A stretch of 64,000 nucleotides of DNA from Promethearchaeota archaeon (GTDB lineage Archaea; Asgardarchaeota; Lokiarchaeia; Sigyniarchaeales; SOKP01). The stretch lies in contig JAHPZJ010000024.1 of the NCBI GenBank assembly GCA_019058245.1, positions 1-64,000 of the forward strand, in the 5' to 3' direction. Under the pieces are notes generated by a model. It was not told where the DNA came from and did no database searches. It saw only the letters and a list, made by a program, of their open reading frames with translations. The position numbers were made by a program, and so were the translations under genes. Positions 9,845-19,956 of this stretch are shown here, one piece after another; position 1 is the first letter of the stretch, and every line of letters begins with the position of its first letter.

Positions 9845-10648
9845 GTGAAAAGAATGGTTAAAAAAGAATATATTTGCGAGAAGGGGAAAAGAAGTTCAAT
9901 CGTCATAGATGATTTATCTGTTGAAATTAAAGAAGGAGCTACTTTTATTTTAGGATTTGCGGGAATTGGTCTTATAGGACCCATAGTTGCTAATACTCTA
10001 ATAGAACAATTACCAGATGTCAAGGAAATTGGTTTTATTACCTCTGAGTATCTTCCACCTATTTCAGTATTTTATGCAGGTGTGTTAAAACATCCGTTCA
10101 GAATTCTTTATTCTCCTCAAAATAACTTGATTATAGGGATTTGTGAGGTTCCTTTTCAGATACCGACTGCTTACAACGATCTAAGTAAAACAATATGTAA
10201 TTGGGCTCTTTCAGAGGATGTTAGAGCAAAGGAAATTGTAATCTTTCAAGGAATCCCTCAGAGAGGTATTATTGATGAATATCCCGTATATTATGCTGCT
10301 GAAGAAATAATGATGGAACATCTTGAAAAATTTGGAATTAGTAAAGTTGAGAAAGGGATCATTGTAGGACCAGAAGCGACTGTTTTGAATGAGGCGTTAA
10401 CAAATAGATTGCAAGCATTTGCGTTATTTACTCCTGTATTAGAAATTCCCACTCCAGAGGGTGCTGCTAGCATTTTAGAAGTATTAAATAAAATGTATAA
10501 TTTAACGATAGATACGGCACCTCTTATTGAACAAGGAAAAGAAATAAAAGCAAAAATGTTAGAATTAGCAGAAAAAGCTCAACAATATCAGAAGCAGCAA
10601 CAACAATTACCAGGTACCAAAGAAGGATATACCCAGTATTTTCAATAA
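9845..10648 (+). CDS. PAC2-family proteasome assembly chaperone
   Basis: LGFAGIGLIGPIVAN, PFRILY, PTPEGAA, IDTAPLIEQGKEI. Confidence 0.85.
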   Translation: MKRMVKKEYICEKGKRSSIVIDDLSVEIKEGATFILGFAGIGLIGPIVANTLIEQLPDVKEIGFITSEYLPPISVFYAGVLKHPFRILYSPQNNLIIGICEVPFQIPTAYNDLSKTICNWALSEDVRAKEIVIFQGIPQRGIIDEYPVYYAAEEIMMEHLEKFGISKVEKGIIVGPEATVLNEALTNRLQAFALFTPVLEIPTPEGAASILEVLNKMYNLTIDTAPLIEQGKEIKAKMLELAEKAQQYQKQQQQLPGTKEGYTQYFQ

Positions 10649-10722
10649 AATATATTATTTATTTTTTCATTTTAAAATTATTTTATATGAATTATTAAAC
10701 TTAAAATTATTTAATTGTCATT

Positions 10723-11241
10723 ATGAAATATACTAAAAAACACGCAGCAGTGTGTGGTCTTTATTGCCCTGCTTGTACGATATTTATTGGTACCCAGGAG
10801 GACCCAAAACGTCTTGAAATGCTTGCTAATCAATTTGATATTTCACCTGAAGAAATGAAATGTTATGGGTGTCGGTCTGAAAAACGTACTCCTTATTGCG
10901 ACACTTGTAAACTATATTCTTGTGCCCAGAAAAAAGGAATTGATTTCTGTGGATTGTGTGAAGACTATCCATGTGATAATTTAAAAGAATTTCAAGCAGG
11001 AGCTCCTCATCGATTTGAACTATGGAATGCTCAAGATCAAATTGTAAAAGATGGATATGAAATTTGGATGGAAGATATGAAGAATTACTATTCATGCGTA
11101 AAATGTGGGACCATAAATTCTGCCTACGATGCTAAATGTAGATCATGCGGGCACCAACCAAGTAATCAGTATATAAAAAACCATAGTGATAAAATATTAG
11201 AATTCATTCAGAAACACCAAACTAGATTAAAAAAAGAATAA
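10723..11241 (+). CDS. DUF3795 Cys-rich protein with C-terminal zinc ribbon
   Basis: CGLYCPAC, CYGC, CxxC, FCGLCEDYPC, CVKCG...CRSCG. Confidence 0.8.
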   Translation: MKYTKKHAAVCGLYCPACTIFIGTQEDPKRLEMLANQFDISPEEMKCYGCRSEKRTPYCDTCKLYSCAQKKGIDFCGLCEDYPCDNLKEFQAGAPHRFELWNAQDQIVKDGYEIWMEDMKNYYSCVKCGTINSAYDAKCRSCGHQPSNQYIKNHSDKILEFIQKHQTRLKKE

Positions 11242-11371
11242 ACAACTCAATGCAAATCATTTTTTCTTAAAAGAAAGAATTCATTTTAATTGATAATTAA
11301 TAGAAATGAATTTTAAAAGATTCCAACTGTTATACTTTTTTAAGATTTAATATTTAAATTTGTGATAGAAT

Positions 11372-11821
11372 TTGGGAAGATTCAAAGAAAAATTTATTCC
11401 TGTTCAAATCGATCAAGAAATGTGTACTAGATGTGAACGTTGTTTTAAAGCATGCAAAGCTAAAGCTATTTATTTTGAACATGGAATTAGAAAAGTTGAT
11501 TATGCTAAATGTAAAGCGTGTTTGAACTGTGTTCAAGTCTGTCCTAGGAATGCTATAGAGGTAACTTCTATTACAAGTCCTGATCAAATAGTAAGTATTA
11601 AAATTGATCATGAGATATGCACTATGTGTGAAAAATGTCTTGAAGATAACGGAATATTCTGTCCAAAGGACCTTTTTTATAAAGATATTGTCAAAAAGAT
11701 GGGAAGAGAGGAAGAAGGAATTAGGTATAAATATAAAGAAATCGCAAAATGTCAAGGATGTTTAAAATGTGAGTTATCTTGTCCAGAAGGAGCAATAAAA
11801 CCTGTAAAGTTTAAAGCGTGA
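11372..11821 (+). CDS. Polyferredoxin (4Fe-4S binding protein)
   Basis: Multiple CxxCxxCxxxC motifs; TTG start. Confidence 0.85.
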   Translation: MGRFKEKFIPVQIDQEMCTRCERCFKACKAKAIYFEHGIRKVDYAKCKACLNCVQVCPRNAIEVTSITSPDQIVSIKIDHEICTMCEKCLEDNGIFCPKDLFYKDIVKKMGREEEGIRYKYKEIAKCQGCLKCELSCPEGAIKPVKFKA

Positions 11822-11824
11822 TGA

Positions 11825-12388
11825 TTATTTTATATTATCTGGTTTTATATTTAATTTTTCAAGAATAAGGTCTTTTATTTCTGAAAAATCAGAAATTACT
11901 ACAATTCCTTCCATTTCTTTTAGTTTTTTAATATTTTCAAGTTCAATATCTCTAATTTTTAAAACTAAAGGAGAACCATCCGGGCGTGTGGTAACTATAG
12001 GTTCAGTATCTTGATCTGATGGAAAAATATAAACTGTTTGTCCACCCTTTATAGCTTGAGCAATACAATTAGTAATTAAGGTATCTGCAATTCCATTAAC
12101 AATTTTAGCGACCGAATTTGCAGAAACAGGACAGACTAAGAAAAAATCGAATTTTCCTATCTGTAGTGGTCCCGCATAAAATGGAATATTTGGTGTTTTT
12201 TCTATTTTCACTTTTTCAACGGCTTCAGTTAACGCTAACCATTTTTTATACCATTTAACAACAGCAGCACCTTCTTTAGAAAGAATTACAGTTAAATTGA
12301 TATTATGTTTTATTTGCAATTCTTTCATTAAATCAATTGATTCTTGAAGGACATAGCCAGTTCCAGTTATTCCCCATATAAGCTTCAT
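11825..12388 (-). CDS. afpA: Archaeal flavoprotein, AfpA / dihydromethanopterin reductase family
   Basis: WGITGTG, PVSANSVAKIVNGIADTLITN, PSDQ. Confidence 0.8.
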   Translation of the reverse strand: MKLIWGITGTGYVLQESIDLMKELQIKHNINLTVILSKEGAAVVKWYKKWLALTEAVEKVKIEKTPNIPFYAGPLQIGKFDFFLVCPVSANSVAKIVNGIADTLITNCIAQAIKGGQTVYIFPSDQDTEPIVTTRPDGSPLVLKIRDIELENIKKLKEMEGIVVISDFSEIKDLILEKLNIKPDNIK

Positions 12389-12398
12389 TTTCTTCTAC

Positions 12399-12911
12399 TT
12401 ATTGTTCTTCTTCATATAATTTTGGTAAAAATTCAGTAAAAAATTCTATTTCTTCGATATTATGTTTTCTCAAATGTTCAATGAATGAATTTGGGGCTTG
12501 AGCAGATAAACGAAAAGTTGATCGTAAGACAGTTCCCTTTGGAATTGAATGGTATTCATGTAAAACCCAAGTAATTGGTTCATCTTTATCATTTATAACG
12601 CTTGCGGCATTTTTATGCTTAAACTCCGCTTTTATAGGTATTGAGTCAGAATTTTCCCATCGAATTCTTAATGATGTAGGTCTACCTTCAATTGTTTCAA
12701 CAACGCGTTGTATTGCTCCCACATGTCCCTTTATATTTTCAGGAGAGATTTCCCATTCAAATGATTTATGATCTTTAGGATGCCATAATTTGTAGCGTTC
12801 TGAATTATCAATATGATCCCACCACCAATCAATCATTTCAGGGGAAACTCCAGAGAGTTCTTGTTCTATGATTAGATCAACAGTTTCCTTATTTGATTTT
12901 TTATTATTCAT
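12399..12911 (-). CDS. PhlG-like DAPG hydrolase family protein
   Basis: GVSPEMIDWWW...RYKLWHPKDH, LRSTF, HNIEE. Confidence 0.7.
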   Translation of the reverse strand: MNNKKSNKETVDLIIEQELSGVSPEMIDWWWDHIDNSERYKLWHPKDHKSFEWEISPENIKGHVGAIQRVVETIEGRPTSLRIRWENSDSIPIKAEFKHKNAASVINDKDEPITWVLHEYHSIPKGTVLRSTFRLSAQAPNSFIEHLRKHNIEEIEFFTEFLPKLYEEEQ

Positions 12912-13007
12912 TCTTATATTTCAATTAATAGTTTTAATAGCTTAAAAAATTCTTAATTTATAAAAAATTAGCTTTATATATAAAACCTAATGAAAAGAAT
13001 TAATACT

Positions 13008-13061
13008 TTAATTTAAAACATATCCTGTGCCAGTTATACCCCAGATTAATTTGTATGTCAT
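13008..13061 (-). pseudogene. Truncated afpA 5' relic (MTYKLIWGITGTGYVLN*)
   Basis: 13 consecutive residues (KLIWGITGTGYVL) identical to the N-terminus of the 11825..12388 protein, but codons differ at most synonymous sites. Confidence 0.85.
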
Positions 13062-13197
13062 CTTGACCAACTTATTAAATATAGGTGCAATTTTAACATA
13101 TAATATTTTAAGTTTTATATTTTCCAATATAAACAATTAAAAATATTTTTGCTTTAAATTTATACTAGATTATGAACTTATCTTAAATTGATTATAA

Positions 13198-14391
13198 ATG
13201 AGTAAATCTAAATATATTTATCTGGATAATGCTGCTACTACGCCAATAGATCCAAGGGTTATTGATGAGATTAATAAACATTTTTTAGAAACTTATGGAA
13301 ATTCTTCAAGTTTACATTCTATAGGACAAAAAGCAGGGCAGGTATTATTAAAATCACGTGAAATAATCGCATCATTTATTAATGCAAATAGAGATGATAT
13401 TTTATTTACCTCTTCGGGAACAGAAGCAGATAATCTCGCTATTTTTGGTGTAGCATCTAAAAATAAAGAAAGAGGTAATCACATTATTACTTCCTCAATT
13501 GAACATCATGCTGTAGAAAATCCCTATAAAGAATTAGAGAAAAATGGATTTGAACTTACTTTTCTACCTGTTGATAAATATGGTTTAATTGATTTAAAAG
13601 ATTTAGAGGATGCAATTACAAGTAAAACATTACTGATAAGTATCATGTTTGCGAATAATGAAATTGGTACTATTGAACCCATCAAAGAAATTGGTATAAT
13701 AGCGAAAAAATATAATGTTATTTTTCATACTGATGCTGTTCAAGCATTTGGAAAAGTTCAAATTGATGTTAATGACATGAATATAGACTTATTATCTGCT
13801 TCTGCTCATAAGCTCTATGGACCTAAAGGTGTCGGTCTTTTATATATTCGCAATAAAGGGATAAGAGAAGGATGGGGGAAATTTATTGATCCTATCATGT
13901 ATGGTGGAGGTCATGAGAGGAATATGAGACCAAGTACGGTAAATGTTCCTGGTATTGCAGGTTTTGCTAAAGCTGTTGAAATTGCTAAAGAAGAAATGGA
14001 AGGGGAATCTAAAAGACAGATAAAATTGAGAGATAAAATCATTAAATGGGTTACAGAAAATATTGAAGATACATATTTGAATGGACACCCCACTCAAAGA
14101 CTCCCAAATAATGTGAATTTAATTTTTAAATATATTGAGGGAGAATCAATTGTATTAGATCTTGATATGGAAGGGATTGCCACATCTACTGGTTCTGCTT
14201 GCTCTTCTGATTCCTTAGAGCCTAGTCATGTACTTTTAGCAATAGGAATAAAAACAGAGGATGCTCATGGATCATTAAGAATTTCCTTAGGCAGATTTAC
14301 ATCTGAGGGAGATATCGATTATTTTCTCAAAAAATTGCCTCCAATAATAGAACGACTTAGAAAGATATCTCCCTTAAAAAAAAAAAATTAA
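13198..14391 (+). CDS. iscS: Cysteine desulfurase IscS/NifS
   Basis: YLDNAATT, FTSSGTEADN, HTDAVQ, SAHKLYGPKG, STGSACSS. Confidence 0.95.
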   Translation: MSKSKYIYLDNAATTPIDPRVIDEINKHFLETYGNSSSLHSIGQKAGQVLLKSREIIASFINANRDDILFTSSGTEADNLAIFGVASKNKERGNHIITSSIEHHAVENPYKELEKNGFELTFLPVDKYGLIDLKDLEDAITSKTLLISIMFANNEIGTIEPIKEIGIIAKKYNVIFHTDAVQAFGKVQIDVNDMNIDLLSASAHKLYGPKGVGLLYIRNKGIREGWGKFIDPIMYGGGHERNMRPSTVNVPGIAGFAKAVEIAKEEMEGESKRQIKLRDKIIKWVTENIEDTYLNGHPTQRLPNNVNLIFKYIEGESIVLDLDMEGIATSTGSACSSDSLEPSHVLLAIGIKTEDAHGSLRISLGRFTSEGDIDYFLKKLPPIIERLRKISPLKKKN

Positions 14392-14875
14392 CAAAATTCT
14401 TTTTAATTATAAAATTAAAAACCATCAATATTAGAAGCTAAGCATATTTTTATTCTGTTCTTTATCCAAAAAATAATGATAAAATTTTCTCTTTAATGCA
14501 ATTTTGAAAGAATAAATATTTTCGATTATTCCATATATATTTATTTTGAATGCATTATAATCAAAAATTCATTCCAAATTATTAAAGGATTTATTAATAT
14601 AATGAATTATAAGATTTTCATTTAAAATTCAACCCAATTGTCAATTAAAGTAAAAAAAAGTTTACTTATTAATCAATCAAGGTTAATCAATAAAAAGTAT
14701 TATCAATTTAAATGCTACATTCAAATATTTTTTGCGTTCCATAATTGTCTTAAACCCTAATTATTATTTTTAATATTAGGAATATTTAAATATAGGTGTA
14801 GTTTTTTTTCGTAATTGACAATAATAAAAATTTATAGTGTATATAAAAAAAATAAAAAATTGGAGATAGAAAAAA

Positions 14876-14989
14876 ATGGTACCAAAAAAGAAAGACACAG
14901 AAGATGATGATGAAGATTGGGATGATGATGATGATGATGAAGAATGGGATGACGACGATGAAGAATGGGACGAAGACGATGAATATTGA
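14876..14989 (+). CDS. Uncalled 37-aa hyperacidic peptide with three Trp-acidic repeats
   Basis: ATG..TGA ORF MVPKKKDTEDDDEDWDDDDDDEEWDDDDEEWDEDDEY; GGAGA SD-like motif about 9 nt upstream; mixed GAT/GAC codons; sits in otherwise AT-rich spacer. Confidence 0.7.
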   Translation: MVPKKKDTEDDDEDWDDDDDDEEWDDDDEEWDEDDEY

Positions 14990-15689
14990 TGATTGAATAA
15001 TTCAAATTCTAAACTTAATCATTATCTATTATTAGAAATAAGATTAAATCGAAAAAATGATTTTTTTTGAACTTAATATTTTGAATTTTTTTTTAAAGAC
15101 TAAGATTAAGCTTGCTAAAAAAATTAAGAAATACAAATCTCTATTAATAAATTCTATTAATTTGAAATTTACCTTCATCAATTTTTCTCATAAGATAAAG
15201 CCTTTACTCTGAATTGGAAATATTCAGAGAGAGATAATTTTCTATTCCTTTTTTAGATTTTATGAAAAAATAATGATCTTTCAAAAAAAATTATAGACTT
15301 TAAAATTTGATTTAAATTTACATTAAAATTACGTATATTTCAGTTGAAAAATATATTTGACTATAAAATAAACATTAAGAGCATTAGTCTAATATGAATT
15401 AGCCTATTTATATTATTAAGATTGTTAAAATTTTTAACTTTAATTGCTGATATTTTCTTTAGATATTGCTTTAGATTAATCCATTTGATTTAATCCTAAA
15501 TTCCTTTATAAAATCTTAGTTTCATTAATATATTTAGAAGTTGATAAATTAGATGAATTTAATATTAGTTTTACTATTACTTTGAAATGTTGATAATAGA
15601 TAAATTTATTAAGATTAAATTCTATTATCAGAACTCAAGATAAAAATATATTTTTTTGTTATTATATTCCTTAGAACGTGATTATATAA

Positions 15690-16607
15690 TTGAATAATAA
15701 TGCTAAATATTTGAAAAAAGAAGAACAATTCGAAGAAAAATGTTGCAAAAGACCTTGTATTGAAATTAAGGCAGGTAATAAAGTTTGCATAAATTGTGGA
15801 ATGGTATTAGATATTCATTTAGTAGATCAAGAAAGAAGAGCATACAGTACTGAGGAAGTTAATGAAAGAAAACAAACAGAACCAAGATGGAGAGAATTTG
15901 GCTCAAGAACCATGCTTTCTGATAGTAAAATTGATTATAAAGGGCATTATTTGTCAGCAGAAAAAAAAACTTTATTTTCAAGATTGTCAAAAATTCAAAA
16001 TTCTCTAATTTCAGGTATAGAAAGAAATTTCTGGGAAGCTAAACCAAAAATAAAACAACTTGCCTTGAAATTAAATCTTCCAGATCACATACAGGAAACA
16101 GCATGGAAGGTCTATGCTTTAGCAGCAAAAAAAAAGTTAACAATGGGACGATCAATAGAGGGATTTATAACTGCTTCTTTATATGTTGCTATTAGAATAC
16201 ATGAATTTCCAAAATTACTAGAAGAAATTAGCGATACGGCTATGATCCCTCGAAGATTAATTATACATTCTTTAGCATTACTACTTAGAGAAGTTTTGCC
16301 TGAATTAAATTTTAGTTATAAGCCAATTAATGTTAAACAGCTAATTTTTAAATTTGGATCTGATCTAAATCTACCTATGGACGTTCAAAAACTTGCTCTA
16401 AATATGGTAACAATATCCGCTAAGAAGGGGCTTTCATTAATAGGTAAAGACCCAAAAGGATTTGCTGCTTCTGCACTTTACTTAGCTACAAAAGAATCAA
16501 ATCAAAAGAAGACTCAAAGTCAAATTGCCAAAGCTGCAAAAATAACAGAAGTTACTTTAAGAACTCGAATAAAAGAAATGAAAAAAAAGATATCTTTAGC
16601 GATTTAA
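15690..16607 (+). CDS. tfb: Transcription initiation factor IIB (TFB) paralog
   Basis: N-terminal zinc ribbon (CC...CINCG), E-R-R-A-Y B-finger, two cyclin repeats (GRSIEG; GKDPKGFAASALY; TQSQIAKAAKITEVTLR). Confidence 0.92.
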   Translation: MNNNAKYLKKEEQFEEKCCKRPCIEIKAGNKVCINCGMVLDIHLVDQERRAYSTEEVNERKQTEPRWREFGSRTMLSDSKIDYKGHYLSAEKKTLFSRLSKIQNSLISGIERNFWEAKPKIKQLALKLNLPDHIQETAWKVYALAAKKKLTMGRSIEGFITASLYVAIRIHEFPKLLEEISDTAMIPRRLIIHSLALLLREVLPELNFSYKPINVKQLIFKFGSDLNLPMDVQKLALNMVTISAKKGLSLIGKDPKGFAASALYLATKESNQKKTQSQIAKAAKITEVTLRTRIKEMKKKISLAI

Positions 16608-16709
16608 ATTTAAACAAAATAATTTACAAAATATATAATATTAGCTTTTTTTGATAAAAGGAAAAGAATTTTTTGGTTGTACAAAAATTAAAAATAATTC
16701 AAGACCTTT

Positions 16710-17306
16710 ATGATAAAATTGACTTTATTTAATGTAATCTTGGAAAATCCATTCTTTTCTCTCATTATTTTACCATTATTAATATTTATTGCCCGAGTTT
16801 TAGATGTAACACTTGGAACACTGAGAATTGTTTTTATTTCTCAAGGCAGGCAAAAATTAGCACCAGTTGTAGGTTTTTTTGAAATTTTTATTTGGTTATT
16901 AGCCGTTGGACAAATTTTTAGTAATTTAACTAATATTATTTATTATTTTGCTTATGCTGGAGGATTCGCAACAGGCAATTATGTAGGATTATTAGTTGAA
17001 AATAAAATATCTTTAGGATTATTAAGTTTGCAGTTAATTATTCGTGAGAATCCGGAAAAATTAATTAATTTATTAAAAGATAATGGATATAGCCTTACTA
17101 TTCTATCCGCTGAAGGGCTTCAAGGAATAGTTAAATTAGTTATATTGATTATAAAGCGTAAAGATTTGCCAAAAATTCTTGAAATAATAAGATCTAATAA
17201 TCCTAAGGCATTTATTTCAGTAGAACAGGTAAAATCTGTGCGTGGTGGTAATTTTCCAACTCGTCCAAAAACGAGATGGGAGTTATTATTAAGAAAAAAA
17301 GTTTAA
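16710..17306 (+). CDS. DUF5698/DUF2179 membrane protein (UPF0316)
   Basis: IFIARVLDVTLGTLR, YAGGFATGNYVG, PKAFISV. Confidence 0.85.
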   Translation: MIKLTLFNVILENPFFSLIILPLLIFIARVLDVTLGTLRIVFISQGRQKLAPVVGFFEIFIWLLAVGQIFSNLTNIIYYFAYAGGFATGNYVGLLVENKISLGLLSLQLIIRENPEKLINLLKDNGYSLTILSAEGLQGIVKLVILIIKRKDLPKILEIIRSNNPKAFISVEQVKSVRGGNFPTRPKTRWELLLRKKV

Positions 17307-17570
17307 AAAACTTTAATTAGAATTGATTAATAAAATCTTATTTTATTAAAAAGCAGAATTTTTTATAATTTTATCATAGAAAAAAAGAGATTTTTATCTA
17401 TATTTAAAGAGAAATTTAAAATTAAATTAAATTACTCTTTCTAAAATATCTTTTGAATCATTTAAGAGAAGATATTCATTTTAACTTAATTTTATTTATG
17501 AATTTGAACCTTTCTGATTAAAAAAAAAAAAGCGTAATGGTTTTTTTACTTGATGTATATCATTAAATAA

Positions 17571-19865
17571 ATGATAATTGAGGAATTTAAATTTTCAGAT
17601 AAGACTATAACCATTGAAAGAAAAGAAGAAGTGAATTCTTCCTATAAAATTAAATCGTATAATAGTAAATTAAAAATGATAGAAGAAAGAAAAATTCCTC
17701 AAAAGAGTATCGATGACGTTATAAATCATTTTTTTCATAAAAATAAAAATATCTCAAATAAAACAAAGAATTCTATTACTAAAATTATTTATTGTCAAAA
17801 AGATAGAATTATAATTTTAACCACTAGCCATGGTAAAGAAATTATTTTAAATCGAGATAGATTGATAAGAGATTATGGATGGTTCTTTTTCATAGAAAAG
17901 CCAGTAAAACAATCAAAAAAGAAAAAAAGTAAAAAAAAAGAAGAAAAAAAAGACGAAACTACCATAACTTCAGAAGAATTTCATTTTGAGGAAACAATAA
18001 TTCCTTTGAAACAAAAGGAAAATATGAGAGCATTATATAAAACAAAAGAATATAATTATTTCCTAAAAATAATTAATTCTAACGAAATAAGACAAATTCC
18101 AATAAAGGAGGTTCTTAATAATTTCTTTTTTAATGATAATCTCGTTCCGCTTGACGAAAAAAAAAGTATCAGAAAAATTATCTATTATTTTAAAGAAAAA
18201 GTTATAGTTATTAAATCTCTAGTGGGAGATGAGATGTATGAAAACTTAGAGAATTTAGTTAAAAATTATGGATGGTATTTTTATATTACTGGTGTTCCAG
18301 TAGGAAAGAGTGAATTGTGTATTGCCATCGATAAAATTGAAAAAAGATTTGATATTGATTATTTTTCAAATACAACTCTTATAAATGAGTCTAACAAAAA
18401 TAAAGATATTAGGGTGACTATCTATCCAATTGTACTCAAACCCAATCATAATTGTCATGTTTTGGGATTGGGAAATCTAAATATCTTATTGGATTGTGGT
18501 CTTTCAGAAAAAGATGAAGAAAATGAAATTGAAGGAGATTTAAGGCATATAGAAGATTATCTTCAGAATTTACCAAGAAATATCTTAGAAGAAGTAAAAA
18601 TTAGAAAGAATATAGAAACAGATGATCAGGATAATATACCTATAGAAGAAATTCAACAAGATCCTAAAATTGATGCCATTTTTATATCACATAGTCATTA
18701 TGATCATATTTCTGGGTTAAAGGAATTAATCAAGTTATATCCGGATGTTCCTATTTTAAGTTCTAGGATAACAATAGATTTATATCTTCTTAGAGATTCA
18801 AACTTCTTAAAACAAGAGAATCATAATGAAATTGAAGAAGAGGACTACCAAAGTATTGTCAGAAATGTAATTTATGTTGAAAATGGTACTAAAATCGAAT
18901 TTAAAGAAACAAATTGTTTTCTTTCCTTTTTTCATGCAGGTCATATGCCGGGTGCCTTGATGATGTTGGCAAAAGTAAATGATTTTAGATTTTTATATAC
19001 AGGAGATTATACATACATTGATATTACTCCATTTGCTGGCACAAAACGTTTTTTAGAACAAATATCTCGTCCTATAGATTATTTATTAATTGATGGTACT
19101 GCTGCTCAAGATGATTATGGGGATTTATCTGATCAATTTCATAGTTTAATCTTATTTTTAGAACAAAAAGCAGAGTATGGAGACAACTCTTTAATTGGGG
19201 CAGATCCATCAAGTTTAGCTATAAGTTTCATGTTAATTTTTTGGAGGTATTTTAGAAAACTTCAATTAAGGCGAAATTACAAAAAACGACCTAATATCTA
19301 TGTAGACATGATGGTAAGGAAAAATATCCAAGTTATCAACCATCGCTATGAATATATTTACGGTCCAATTTCAAGATTAATTCGAGATAAAGCAAATCCT
19401 TTCAATAGTATAAAATTTAGATGGTTTGATCATACTAATTTAGATTTTATCCGTAAGAAAAATAACATAATAATTTCGCATCCACCTGATCTTTCTTATG
19501 GATTAATAAGAAATATTATTAATATCGTAGGTCGAAATCCACATAATTTTATTTTTTTGGCAGGTTCGATTCATGAATCACCTGGAGCAGAATTAATTGA
19601 AGGAGCAGATGAAATAGAGTTCTCTGAAACATGGAAAATCCCATTTCGTGCATTTTTGCTTAATACTTTTGCGCCACATATTAAAATAAAACTGCATGCT
19701 GATAAAAATCAACTAAGAGAAATGATAAAAAATTTGGAACCAAAAGAAGTCTGTTTTTTCCATCAGTCTGCTAAAAAATTAACAGAAGTTGTAGAGTTTG
19801 TGAAAGAATTAGGTGTGGAAAAAGTTACTTTACCTATAAAGAGGAAACTCCTAATATTAAATTAA
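17571..19865 (+). CDS. Beta-CASP MBL-fold nuclease with duplicated N-terminal domain
   Basis: LLDCG, SHSHYDH, AGHMPGA, YTGD, LHAD, FFHQ motifs; internal repeat in the first ~240 aa. Confidence 0.8.
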   Translation: MIIEEFKFSDKTITIERKEEVNSSYKIKSYNSKLKMIEERKIPQKSIDDVINHFFHKNKNISNKTKNSITKIIYCQKDRIIILTTSHGKEIILNRDRLIRDYGWFFFIEKPVKQSKKKKSKKKEEKKDETTITSEEFHFEETIIPLKQKENMRALYKTKEYNYFLKIINSNEIRQIPIKEVLNNFFFNDNLVPLDEKKSIRKIIYYFKEKVIVIKSLVGDEMYENLENLVKNYGWYFYITGVPVGKSELCIAIDKIEKRFDIDYFSNTTLINESNKNKDIRVTIYPIVLKPNHNCHVLGLGNLNILLDCGLSEKDEENEIEGDLRHIEDYLQNLPRNILEEVKIRKNIETDDQDNIPIEEIQQDPKIDAIFISHSHYDHISGLKELIKLYPDVPILSSRITIDLYLLRDSNFLKQENHNEIEEEDYQSIVRNVIYVENGTKIEFKETNCFLSFFHAGHMPGALMMLAKVNDFRFLYTGDYTYIDITPFAGTKRFLEQISRPIDYLLIDGTAAQDDYGDLSDQFHSLILFLEQKAEYGDNSLIGADPSSLAISFMLIFWRYFRKLQLRRNYKKRPNIYVDMMVRKNIQVINHRYEYIYGPISRLIRDKANPFNSIKFRWFDHTNLDFIRKKNNIIISHPPDLSYGLIRNIINIVGRNPHNFIFLAGSIHESPGAELIEGADEIEFSETWKIPFRAFLLNTFAPHIKIKLHADKNQLREMIKNLEPKEVCFFHQSAKKLTEVVEFVKELGVEKVTLPIKRKLLILN

Positions 19866-19956
19866 ATATGATAGTTTATAGAAAATTAACCAAAAATCTT
19901 TAACATAATAACTTCTTATTCTTCATCGAATTATAAATATAATAAGGTGATTAGAC

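Noticed and set aside
14903-14983. GAT microsatellite or CRISPR-like repeat
   Set aside because: No repeat-spacer structure; variation respects codons, so it is better explained as coding sequence.
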